Below, piece after piece: positions 47,306 through 59,400 of a stretch of 64,000 nucleotides of DNA. The stretch is from Chrysomallon squamiferum (Eukaryota; Animalia; Mollusca), in assembly GCA_012295275.1 (NCBI GenBank), contig CM022672.1:1674001-1738000 (forward strand), in the 5' to 3' direction. The notes under the pieces are model-generated. The model was not told the origin of the DNA. It worked only from the letters and a program-made list of their open reading frames with translations, and made no database searches. The position numbers and the translations under genes were made by a program. Position 1 is the stretch's first letter; every line of letters begins with the position of its first letter.

Positions 47306-48456
47306 GAAGGTTATAGTATCTAAAAAATAAAAAAAATAAAATTAAAATAAAAGAAATAGAAGAGGAAAATATTTTATTTAAATATTATGTTAATAAACAA
47401 TAAAGAGATAATAAAGTAAAATATATATATATATACTTTATAAAACAGTTACAACAGACGAATAGTGTTAAAACTGATATTTTTTTCATCCTCATCGATT
47501 ATTATTATGTTTAGTTTTCTATAATACTTAAATGTTGATAAAATTTTAATTCTAAATGGGCTACAACATGTAATAATACCATACTATAGATAATGACAAA
47601 CTGTAAATAAATATAAAAACGGTCACAAAAATAATGGAAGTTAAATTATATATATATATGTATGTAGTGGTGAAATAATAAATACTAAATAAAACGTTTT
47701 CTGAAAATGGGCGATGCCATAATGATTGTAACAGTGATGGATATAGTTTTTTAACATAAAATAAGTTGACACCTATATCCATAACCACTTTAGCTTTCTC
47801 TGCTTCGGGGAATTTTCGTTGTTTACATTTATAAAAATATGATTATGAAGCCATAAAAGTATTAGGCATTTTGGTCCTTTTGCCTTTGAAGTATGACTAT
47901 TATTTTCTGATGATTTTATTTTATTTTCATTACTGATCATGGGATGAACAATGAGATCGTATCTGATATCAAGTTACTTGACAAAACCTAAGTAAATCTT
48001 AGGTCTAAGGACACCCTTAATCTGTGAACGTGACTGAAGCTTTAAATGTCAGTTTAACTGAATTTTTACAGAAATAATTACTGTTCAAGAAAAGAAAAAT
48101 GAGTCAGTATGACTGCATGTATAAAATGAAAATATATTAGCAAACCAATAACATGAAATGTTATTTCATTAAAATAAACTTACAAGGATGAAATGGAAGA
48201 AGGGAGAGCACTCTACTTAAGTAAAGGGCAAATAGTATATTCTAATAACCGGATCGGATGAACAAAATCCCCGAAATTTAAGAGACAGTTTAAAACAAAA
48301 CTGGTTTCTCTCCTCTCGGTTTGCCATATTATCACAAGCTAGTGTTAGTAATATACAAACAGCCTGCAGGCTAAACATTTTAATTCACATCCATTAATAC
48401 ACTGTATGTTTGTTCTTTTCGATGATACCGATTGCGGCGATTCATTTTAGAGCTTG

Positions 48457-48511
48457 TTCCGAAATCGGAAACAAAATATTAATAAATATAACGTGTTCAA
48501 TAATCATGTGA
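48457..48511 (+). promoter_or_regulatory. Conserved proximal element of sulfatase copy 1: palindrome TTCCGA-AA-TCGGAA plus TCATGTGA (M-box/CLEAR-like)
   Basis: Both motifs are retained at 56308-56321 and 56355-56362 upstream of copy 2 although the surrounding sequence has diverged. Confidence 0.45.
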
Positions 48512-48544
48512 TGATAATTATTAGATGTGACAACTTCTGTAACG

Positions 48545-49205
48545 ATGACTACTCAGATTTCGAATATTTGTATTATTATCATCGCAGTACTTCTTGCTTG
48601 TCACTGCAGAGAGTTCGATAAGAAACCAAACATAGTATTCATTTTAGCAGACGACTATGGATTTAACGATATTGGTTATCACGGGAGTGAAATTAAAACT
48701 CCAAACTTGGACAAACTTGCTGCAGACGGTATCAAACTTGAAAATTATTACATCCAGCCAATATGTACTCCTTCAAGAAGTCAGCTCATGTCCGGAAGGT
48801 ATCAGGTAACAAATAAAGTAGTACCTTTTTTTTTGTTATTATTTTTTATGTATTGTTTTATATATTTTTTATTTATTTATTTATTTTATAAATTTATACT
48901 AAAAATTGATTTAAAAAAAGGTATTGCTGATCTCCATCTCCTTATAGCTGAGTCTGAATTGTAGAGCCTGACATTATAGTTTTAAATGAAATATAAATAT
49001 TTATTTATTTATTTTAAATCTCGTGAAATAAAAGTCACAGTGGGAAACGCCCATTCGTGCATTTTTCAGTGAAACTCATCAAGTTCAGAGGAAAGTCTAC
49101 ATGATTATTAAGTAGGCCTACACAACAATATTAGATTAGGAGTACTCACAAATGTTTAATTAGTCTTACTCTAACAGTAACTGGGGTTTTTTATGTTTGG
49201 ATTAA

Positions 49206-49250
<45 letters not shown>

Positions 49251-52200
49251 TAAATAAATAAAAAATAATTAAATAAAATAAAAAAATAAAATACAAAAAT
49301 TTCAGACAGGTTAAATCTATATAACATAGAATTATAATATTTTTCAAGCCAAAACTGAAGCTTAATAGCTCTAACATTCTTTTATTTTGTAACAGATCCA
49401 TACAGGATTACAGCATTCAATAATATGGGCATGTCAACCCAATGCTTTACCAAGAGACAGTCCAACACTTGCAGACAAGCTCAAAGAATCTGGATATTCC
49501 ACACATGCAGTTGGAAAATGGCATCTCGGTTTTTACAAAGAAGAATATCTTCCAAGGCAACGTGGTTTTGATTCCTACTATGGTAATGTTTTCTATATCT
49601 GAATCACATACATTACTCATTAATTAAGGTCAACTTATTGTTTTTGTCTGGGATAATAATTTTATTGAAGTCTTATTTTACAATTAGAAATTGAAAAAAT
49701 ATATATACATGTATACAGTCAGTTACATTTAATTATCAGTTGCTTAGATTATCTTATGTCATGTACTTGATAAATCTTAGGAACATATTTTGATTCAAAC
49801 TACAAATTAACTGAACAGTTGTTAAACATCTATTCTAACTCTCCTTTCTAGTTAATTTTGTAACATATTAACCTGAAATATGCTTTGAGTATTAAACCAA
49901 GCATCTAGAATTGTTACATATTGTTAGATATCAGCTTCACAATTTCTTGATTTGAATAACATTTTTTAAAATTAACTCAAGGCTGTTCAAGTTTACTTCT
50001 TTGATCTTTTGCAGGCTATCTGACTGGCAGTGAGGATTATTTTACACATAAAAGATGTGACTATAGACATGATGATTTGTCAGAATTGATGGAAGATCCC
50101 CTAGACACCAACAACAATGGGAAAAAATTCTGTGGCTTGGATCTGCATAATAATGAAAAGCCAGTGTTCAATGAATCTGGGGTTTATTCTGCTCAGATAT
50201 TTACAGACAGAGCCATCAGTATTGTGAAAAATCATGATCAGACCAAGGTATGATTATCATTACTATGATATTATGCTGAGGAAACCCATATTTACCACTG
50301 TTATAAACTAGTAACACTGTATGTTTCTTGCACAGAGTAAAATACTTATGTTGGTATTTTAATAAACAGTATACAGAACACTTGCTGGAACTGGAAATAG
50401 CCTAATGCTTTACTGTATCCACTGACATAGAGCTTGTCTGTCAGTTTTTTTATTTATCTATTTAATTATTTTTTTTATTTTTTTTATTTTTTGTTATTAT
50501 TATGTTGTTGATGTTTTGTTTTTTGTTAAGCAGAAAGATGTGGGTTCAAAAATGCTTTATCTTCCATGAATCCAACATTTATCATTCATTCATCACAGCA
50601 TAATTAATGCACACTTTTAACATCCACTGAGCAGCATATATTAATGATTAATCCAGTTTTCAAAAATATTTTTATTTTAATATTTATTTGTGAAAGTTTT
50701 AATTTTTTTTTTTTTTGCTGACATGAAACTTTTTCTTCTTTTGTGTTTTAGCCATTTTTCCTGTATCTGGCATATCAGTCAGTACACGCTCCACTACAGG
50801 TACCCAAGAAATATTTAGATCAGTATTCTTTTATCCAAAACAAAGCTAGAAGAACTTATGCAGGTAATATTTTTCTACAGTTTAGCCTCTTATCTCAGTT
50901 AAAATAATTGTGTATGAATATGTGTCTTTGTGTTTTTATAATTTTTTTATTATGTATATATGGGTTCTTGACTGCAGAATAAAATCAATTACTTTCATTA
51001 TTTAGTTAACATGGTCATGATCATAATTATTAGTATACTTTCTGAACAAAAGTGGTTTCTTGTATATATATATATATATAGATAGATAGATAGATAGATG
51101 AGTAAAACAATTTATTTATACATTTACTTATTTAACTACATATTTATTTAATTTTATAATTTTTTTTTAATTTTTAAAAAATAATTATTTATCTATTTAT
51201 TTCTTGAAAGTACTGTTACCTTTTTGATGGTGAAAGAACATCTTGATAGTAGTATTTGTAATTTATTTTTTCAGTATTTATTATATTAGTATTGTTTTTG
51301 ATATTGTATTTTTGATATTGTATTTTTGATTTATTATAACAATATTCATTTTCTGACAGCAATGGTATCTTGTATGGACGAAGGAGTAAAGAATCTAACG
51401 GATGTGCTAAAAGCCACAGGACAGTGGGAGAACACTATACTGTTTTTTTCAACTGGTATGCACTTGTATTTTTAAATAGTTTATAACAAAATAATTTATT
51501 GTTCTTTTTACACACCATTAATGAAAAGGTCTGACTCTGTAATAGAGTGCAAACCAAAGGCATGGTGGATCAGTTCTTTTCTGCAAACCCCAATCAGTTA
51601 TTTTCTGCTCCAAAATTTGTCCAAAGCAAAATAATAACAATTACAACACCATGGTATGTGCTTTCCTGTCAGATGTATCATCCTTGTTGTCAGTTGAAAA
51701 AGAATAACCTGTCACCTGATAGCAGTGGATTTCCTCTGTTATTAGCTTCAACCATGTGCAAGACATCATATAACCAGAGGTTAAGACTGTATAGAATGTC
51801 TTTAAATAAAACTTTTCTTGTACTTCTTATAAAGATTGCTTAATTTCTCCAATTTACAATGCGTTTTTTAAATCAGATAATGGAGGACAGATATTAGCCG
51901 GTGGCAACAACTGGCCCCTTAGAGGTTGGAAGGGTTCATTGTGGGAAGGAGGTGTTCATGGAGTCGGGTTTGTCCATTCACCACTGCTGAACCAGACTGG
52001 ACTTGTGAACAGAGAAATGATTCACATCTCTGACTGGTATCCAACACTTGTCAGTCTGGCTGGTGGAAATCTGAATGGAACTAAACCATTGGATGGTTTT
52101 GACCAATGGGCAACGATCAGGTTTGTTGAACATTCTGAAATATAATTTAACAATATATAAACTGTATTAAATGAATTATATTAAAATTATGTAAATAAGG

Positions 52201-52794
52201 TTTTAAATGCCTATATGAATTAATGTTATTCATTTATGAATTTTGAACATTAAATAAAGATTATTATATTGCATTATTATAATTGTTTAATTTTGTTTTC
52301 AGTAAAGGTCTGCCAAGTCCTAGAAAAGAACTTCTTCATAATATTGACATACTCCACCCAAAGGTTGGAACACCAGTGTTCCCCAACACATTTGATACAA
52401 GAATTAGAGCAGCACTGCGTTTTGGTGACTGGAAAATAATAACTGGAAATCCAGGTAAAATCATTCTATCTAGTGTTATTTGATCCAGTGCATTTAACTT
52501 TGCATTAAAAAGGAATCAAGCCTAATGATGATGTTAAAAATAACAGCTCCTATTAGAAAATTAATGCTGTTTATCATGATGTGTGTCTTTTAGACTGAAA
52601 ATATTTACAAGCATAATTATATTGTCACAAACACATTCATATATGCACACAAAATGTTATTAAGATCACATATGTAAATACATTAGTAGATTATTATTAT
52701 TTTTATATTATTATTACTGTTACTTCTGCAATAAGAGCAATTACTATTATTATCTTTATTACTATTACCGTTTCTTATATTACTTTGTTGTTTA

Positions 52795-52841
<47 letters not shown>

Positions 52842-53108
52842 GGAAATGGCAAATGGATCCCTCCACCTCATGTTTCCTACAACTCGACAGAAATCCCACA
52901 GAAATCAACAAAAAATGTCTGGCTGTTTAATATTAAAAATGATCCTAATGAGCACAACGATCTATCTGATCAGAATCCAGATCTTGTTCACAAGCTACTT
53001 GATCGACTGTTACACTACAACAGCACTGCTGTTCCTGCCAGATACCCACCCTCAGATCCCAGGTGTGACCCCCAGCTGCATGGTGGGGTGTGGGGACCAT
53101 GGGAGTGA
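48545..53108 (+). CDS. ARSB: Arylsulfatase B-like (ARSB/I/J family) sulfatase, copy 1, 8 exons, 516 aa with signal peptide
   Basis: Motifs [11 protein letters not shown], formylglycine motif [40 protein letters not shown] and C-terminal GVWGPWE. Exons 48545-48805, 49396-49582, 50015-50247, 50752-50863, 51360-51455, 51877-52120, 52303-52454 and 52843-53108, total 1551 nt in frame. Confidence 0.93.
51530..51815 (+). mobile_element. Degraded SINE-like interspersed repeat in intron 5 of sulfatase copy 1
   Basis: Higher-GC block absent from the paralogous intron. It shares motifs (GGTAT..CTTTCC, AAAAAGA(G/A)TA(G/A)CC, TGGATTTC) with ~18675-18805 and resembles a gastropod SINE family as I recall it; not verified. 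Confidence 0.4.
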
Positions 53109-55935
53109 GGAATGACATTCAGGTCGAGTCAATCAATCATACAAAATCCAAAATTTTTTCAATATCAATTAATAATAAATAATAACAAAAATTTGATGAA
53201 ATGTCATTTGTATGATTATGTTTACATTAATTTAATGTTATCCTTACAAATTATCAGTTACATCAAAGCTCTGTGGTTCATCACCAAGGATTTTGGATAA
53301 GGAATAAATGTCATATTGTTATTGTTTGGTTTTTCAAGTAGTAATAATAAAAATTTCATTTTTTTTTTTTTTTTTTTTTTTTTTAATAATCATAAAGACA
53401 GTTTAATAGAACTTTTATAATCTTTTGTTGTTATTTAGAAAAAATTTGTTTTCATTTTGTATAATTATATTTTGTAATGTTATTTTGAGGATGTTTTAAT
53501 TATTTCAATGTTGGATAATGTCAGTAATTAGGTATTGAGTGGGTAATGCTTATAGTATGCTTATTAGAGAACTGTTCATGGAAGTTCTGATTTTATAAGA
53601 GCATTTTGTGCATGAAAATTAAAATAACAATAGCAATAATTCTGGCGAGTTAGAAACAAAAACCCACAAATGACTGAGCTGCCATAACTCTATTTGATAA
53701 ACATTGGTGATTTATTCTAATCCATTTGAGATCAAAGTATGTCTGTTCTGGACATAACATTTGAAAAATTGTAACAATGTGTCTTCTAAACATGAATAAC
53801 CTTCTTTACTAGTGAAAATGATTATTTTTTACACAATCTAAACTGACATACAATATTTATATATTACTGGGATTGCATTTTTTGATTTTTGCAATTTTGT
53901 TTGTTATCTACACTATTCCATATTTATTATATATTCAGAAAGTTGGGACTTTTTTAAATTTTAATTTTATATTTTGTATTTGTTACTGATAGTGGTGTTT
54001 TTATTTTAATTTTATATAGTGATTAGTTTTTGTATTTCATCTTTGTGCTAGAAGTTAATGAACAAAACAAACATACATCTCATTACAAAAATCAGGTGTT
54101 TGCAAGCTTATCATGTTTATTATTATTGTTATTTTAATGTGAATCAGACAATAGTTTAATATGTGTATTATGATACAATAAAAATACTTATTAAGAAATA
54201 AAAATAAATATGCATTTGATATTTTACCTAAATATTCAGAACATGATATTTATAATTCTGTTTATAATGATGTGCTTCCCAGGTGACTGTTATCAGTTTG
54301 ACACCAGAGTGAGATAAAAAATAAAAATGTATTAATACTCTTACCATGACACATGCATGATTTATTTTTTTTTTATTATTATTATTATTTTTTTATGTCA
54401 GTATACATACTTTATGAAGTAAAACTGTTTCATCAATCAAAATGAATATTCCTTCCTTCCATTCCATCCATTTCTGCTTGGTTCTAATGATACTTTGAAT
54501 GATGTTATTTTTTATATCACATACACTTTTTTTATCTTGCAAACTGGTCCATAAATGATTCATGATTCTTTTAGCTGAAAGGAAGCTCATGAAAATCTTT
54601 TACTAAATAATTCATTACCATTTTTTTGCCAGTGTGATGCAATAAAAAAATGTGTTAATGTTTTATTTAAAAACATTTTCTTGTGGTACTTACATATCTG
54701 TACGAATTATTATAGTATATTATAAATTCTTTTTTGTTTTGTTTTTTGTTTGTTATTTATTTTACAAAATTGTATATTTTATATGTAATTGGTGGGCTCA
54801 TACATGTTTAAATAAATTGTTAAAATTTGCTGGGTGTTTGTTATCCTTTTTTTATAATTATTTATTTATTTTTAAAAATTATTTTTATTTTATATTAAAA
54901 TAATATTAAAAGTACAATCTCAGTATTTTATTATTATAGTTAATATATTTCAAACAATATTTTTATGATTATTATTTTTAAATCAAAGGAGAAAAATTTG
55001 ATCCTTTCAACTACTCTTGTTGATTAACAACTATTTTACAAGCAATTTTCACAATAGAGAGGATAATATTTGTGTTAAAATAGATAGTCCAACTTTGAAA
55101 AACCAGACTAACAGGAAACTGTTAATAAAAACCTATTTGTCATAGATCTCCGTGATATAACATGAACCAGAACTCATATAGCTTTTCACACAAATACTTT
55201 TTTCAGTGGAATCTAGGTTATAATTAATTATGATAGTAATAAAAAAAATTAAAAAAAAATTCTGTTGTCCAACACTTTACCACATCAAGCCAAACCAAGT
55301 TCAGACACAAGCAAACATCATGTAACAACAGATAACAACTTGGGGTGAATGCTCACAATAATGATTCATTTCATCCACATTCTACAGTTATTTTGGGGTT
55401 CAACAATGCAAAACAAACAATGAAAACGTATTAAACTATAATTTATTTTGATTCAAGATAAAAGAAAATTTGTTAAAATTTTGGTAAAAATATGATGATA
55501 GTAAATAGAGATTATTTTCAAATGATGCGATTCAAATGTTATTGAAAATTTTGAAAACATAGCCCTTAAGAAACACAGAAAATTTTGTTTTCTTAATAAA
55601 TAATAATAAATAAATAAATTAATAAAATAAATACAAATTACATTCATTAAAATTATATAGTTGCTTTTCTTTTAAGTAGAAATGGTTAACATGCGATTCT
55701 ATGAAATAAAGCTGTCATACAGAAATAGATTATAACTTTTTTCTTTTAACTTTACAGTAATTTTAACCATTTCTTCGGTTCAACAAGACACGTATCTTGA
55801 ATGTCTTGGTTAAACCCAGACTCTTAGTACCTAAGAAAGACTGTATGGGCACCCATAATCAGTAAATTTGCCTGAATCATTTAACTGTCATAGTTTGTCA
55901 ATACAAATGTATTTCTGCAGAAATAAAAATTGCTC

Positions 55936-55971
<36 letters not shown>

Positions 55972-56307
55972 AATATTTTATCAGAAAAACACCTTCGTTT
56001 CATAAATCAAATGATGAACTAGAAGAAGGGAAAGTACTCCATTTAAGTTAATGACAAATAGCATATTCTAATAACCATATCGGATTTATAAAAACCCTAA
56101 CATTAAGACTAACAATGTAAAACAAAATCAGTTCCACAGTTTTCATTTTGTAATATTATTATAAAAGGTTATTAATTTTTTCTCAGTATTTTACTGATTG
56201 TTTGCAGGCTAAACAATTTAATTACTATATGGGCTTCGGGGGATTTTTTTTTTTTTTTTTTTCTTTTTTTTCCACCAATAGGCAATACTTATTAATTTTA
56301 GGGCTTG

Positions 56308-56362
56308 TTCCGAAATCGGAAGCAAAATATTAATAAATGTAATGTTATCAATAATCATGTGA
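56308..56362 (+). promoter_or_regulatory. Same conserved proximal element upstream of sulfatase copy 2
   Basis: TTCCGAAATCGGAA and TCATGTGA lie ~40-90 bp upstream of the ATG. Confidence 0.45.
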
Positions 56363-56400
56363 TGTTAACTGTTAGAAGATAGGTGACAGATTATATAACG

Positions 56401-59400
56401 ATGGTTACTCAGATTTCGAATATTTGTATTATTATCATCGCAATACTTCTTGTTTGTCACTGTACAGAGGCCGATAAGAAACCAAACATTGTTTTCATTT
56501 TAGCAGACGACTATGGATTTAACGATATTGGCTATCACGGGAGTGAAATTAAAACTCCAAACTTGGACAAACTTGCTGCAGACGGTATCAAACTTGAAAA
56601 TTATTACATCCAGCCAATATGTACTCCATCAAGAAGTCAGTTCATGTCCGGAAGATATCAGGTATAAAAATATAGTATAAATACTATATTTTTATTTATG
56701 TATTTTATTTTTTTGTTAGGAGGGAGAAGCGAATTAATTTTGGACATTTTAAAACAGTACGCTAAAAATTCATTTTAAAAATTAATTCCCTCCTGCTTGA
56801 TTTTATTATTAATTCAGTACTGTAGAGCTTAATTTTAATTTTGTAGATGAAGTAAAATAATTTATTTATTTTAAATATTATGAAATCAAAGCCACAGTCG
56901 AATACGCCCACTTGTGTGCTGTTTTCTTGAAATACTTCAAGGCTAGTGGCAGATAATTTCAAGTACTGTGTGATATTCGTTTTGAGACACTTAAAGATTA
57001 AATAGTTATTATTTTTTAGTTTAATTATATCAATGACCATATTTTATGCATGGTTTGATGCCAAAGAAAATAAACAGAAACAATCTCAGAAATTCAAAAA
57101 AGGCTGTATAACAAACAGGATTATTTTATTCTTTCAAAAATATTATTAATATGACCATAAAATGTTTTATTTCAATTTTATTAAATTTGTTTTGATTCCT
57201 TCTGAAAATATAATAATATATTTCAGCAATTAAAATATTTTGAGATGTTTTTAAACATTCTTTTAAACATTTTTTGAACATTTTAAATAGATCCACACAG
57301 GTTTGCAGCATGGAATAATCAGGCCATGTCAACCCAATGCTTTACCAAGAGACAGTCCAACACTTGCAGACAAGCTCAAAGAATCTGGATATTCCACACA
57401 TGCAGTTGGAAAATGGCATCTTGGTTTTTACAAAGAAGAATATCTTCCAAGGCAACGTGGTTTTGATTCCTATTATGGTAATGTTTTCTATATCTGTATA
57501 ACACACAGTACTGTTATGTATATTATTGCTGGATTATAATTTATTTTCAAGCATTATTTTGATGCCCTGATTGTGATGCTGTATAATGAAATATAAGAAT
57601 AAATATTTTTCATGTTCTGGGGGATTTTGTTTTTTAATGTGTTCTTGCTACAATACTGATATACTATGTATATGCTATAATTATACTTCCATACAATTAT
57701 ATTTCTTTGTTGACCAACATTTTTGCTGAAAACTAAGATGAAATGGCATATCTTTCTGACTAAAATGCACATATTCTATACTTTATAATTAAGGTTAACT
57801 TCATTCTTTTATTTGGGTTAACATGTTTCTTAGGGTCATACTTTACTGTTACTAAAGGGACTAAAGGGAAATTAGAGGGAAAAAAATATAATTATCAGTT
57901 ACTTACATTATCTTATTTTGTATATACATGATAAAATATAAGGAACTAATTTTTGTTCCTTCAGTGAATTAACTGGACAGTTGTTAGTCAATTACTCTAG
58001 TTAAGCATTGAACATCCTAACCTAAAACATTTCCATCTGATCTAATTTCACACCTAACATTTTGTCACTTGATCTAAAGGAGAGGATTTGATTTGTGCCC
58101 ACTCGATCTAATTTGTAATGATTAGATTGTACGAATGATCCCAAATTGTGTTAGAGGGTGTATGGACTTACAGTTGGAGGTGATCAGTTTCTACAAGTTA
58201 TCGATGGAGAGATGGACATATTCCTTATTTGTGCTGCCACCAAGAATATTGGAAACCTGTTTATGGTAATGGTGCCATCTATTCATCACCACAACTGTTT
58301 CTACACATCTCTTCATGCCGAAGTGCATGGTTCTTTCCAAACAAGACTAAAGCAACTGAACTGAACCAGAAAGAAACAACTTCAACCTGGAATCACAGAT
58401 TTTCCAGAGTTACTTTGAGAAAGCTGCAGCCAATGATGCAGTAAAAGTGTACAGATACCAGGATGCTTTTTCCACTTTGCCCAAGCTTTATGGGGAACAT
58501 TCAGCATAATGGTCTGACACTCCAATACAAAGAAGACATAGTGTTCCACAGATTTGCAAACAGAGCCAAGGTACACCAACTCGTGCCCCTGGACCAGGTT
58601 GAGGACATGTGTTTGGATGATTTTGCAGAGAATCATCAGACAGTTACCCACATGGTTTATTATTTAAAACACTGTTATAATCCCATACAAGGTTTGACAA
58701 TTACCTACATAGTCCAACACCCTACTACAGCCCAGTGATCTAACATTGTAATCCCTACTGTAAAAAAAATTTCACATGGGAAAACCCTTCTAAAACATGC
58801 TCTGAGCATAAAACCAAGCATTTAGAATTGTTATATCCTAGTTAGATATGAACTTCACAATTTCTTGATTTAAACAACATTTTTTTAAAAATACCTTAAT
58901 CCTGCTCAAGTTTGCTTCTTTGATCTTTTGCAGGCTACCTGACTGGCAGTGAGGATTATTTTACACACAGAAAATGTGACCGAAGAACTGATGATTTGTC
59001 AGAACTGATGGAAGATCCACTAGACACCAACAACACTGGGAAAAACTTCTGTGGCCTGGATCTGCACAATAATGAAAAGCCAGTGTTCAGTGAATCTGGG
59101 GTTTATTCTGCACAGATATTTACAGACAGAGCAATCAGTATTGTGAAAAATCATGATCAGACCAAGGTATGATTATGATTATTATGATGTTTCTTATTGA
59201 CAGCAAAGTACACACCAGATTCTTGTTGGAATTGGAAATAGACCAGTGTCTGAACTATGGAGATTGAATGTGTGACCTGTTGCACTAAAGGTCGAGTCTG
59301 ATCCATCTGTTTGTTTTTTATTTATTTTTTTATTTTAAATTGTTTGTTAATCAAAATGATTACTATAGTTCTTCCACAAATCCAGTTTATCATTCATTCA

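Noticed and set aside
52846-53115. 89-aa alternative-frame ORF conserved in both sulfatase last exons (also 61461-61730)
   Set aside because: Its conservation is a by-product of near-identical exon DNA; there is no independent evidence of coding.
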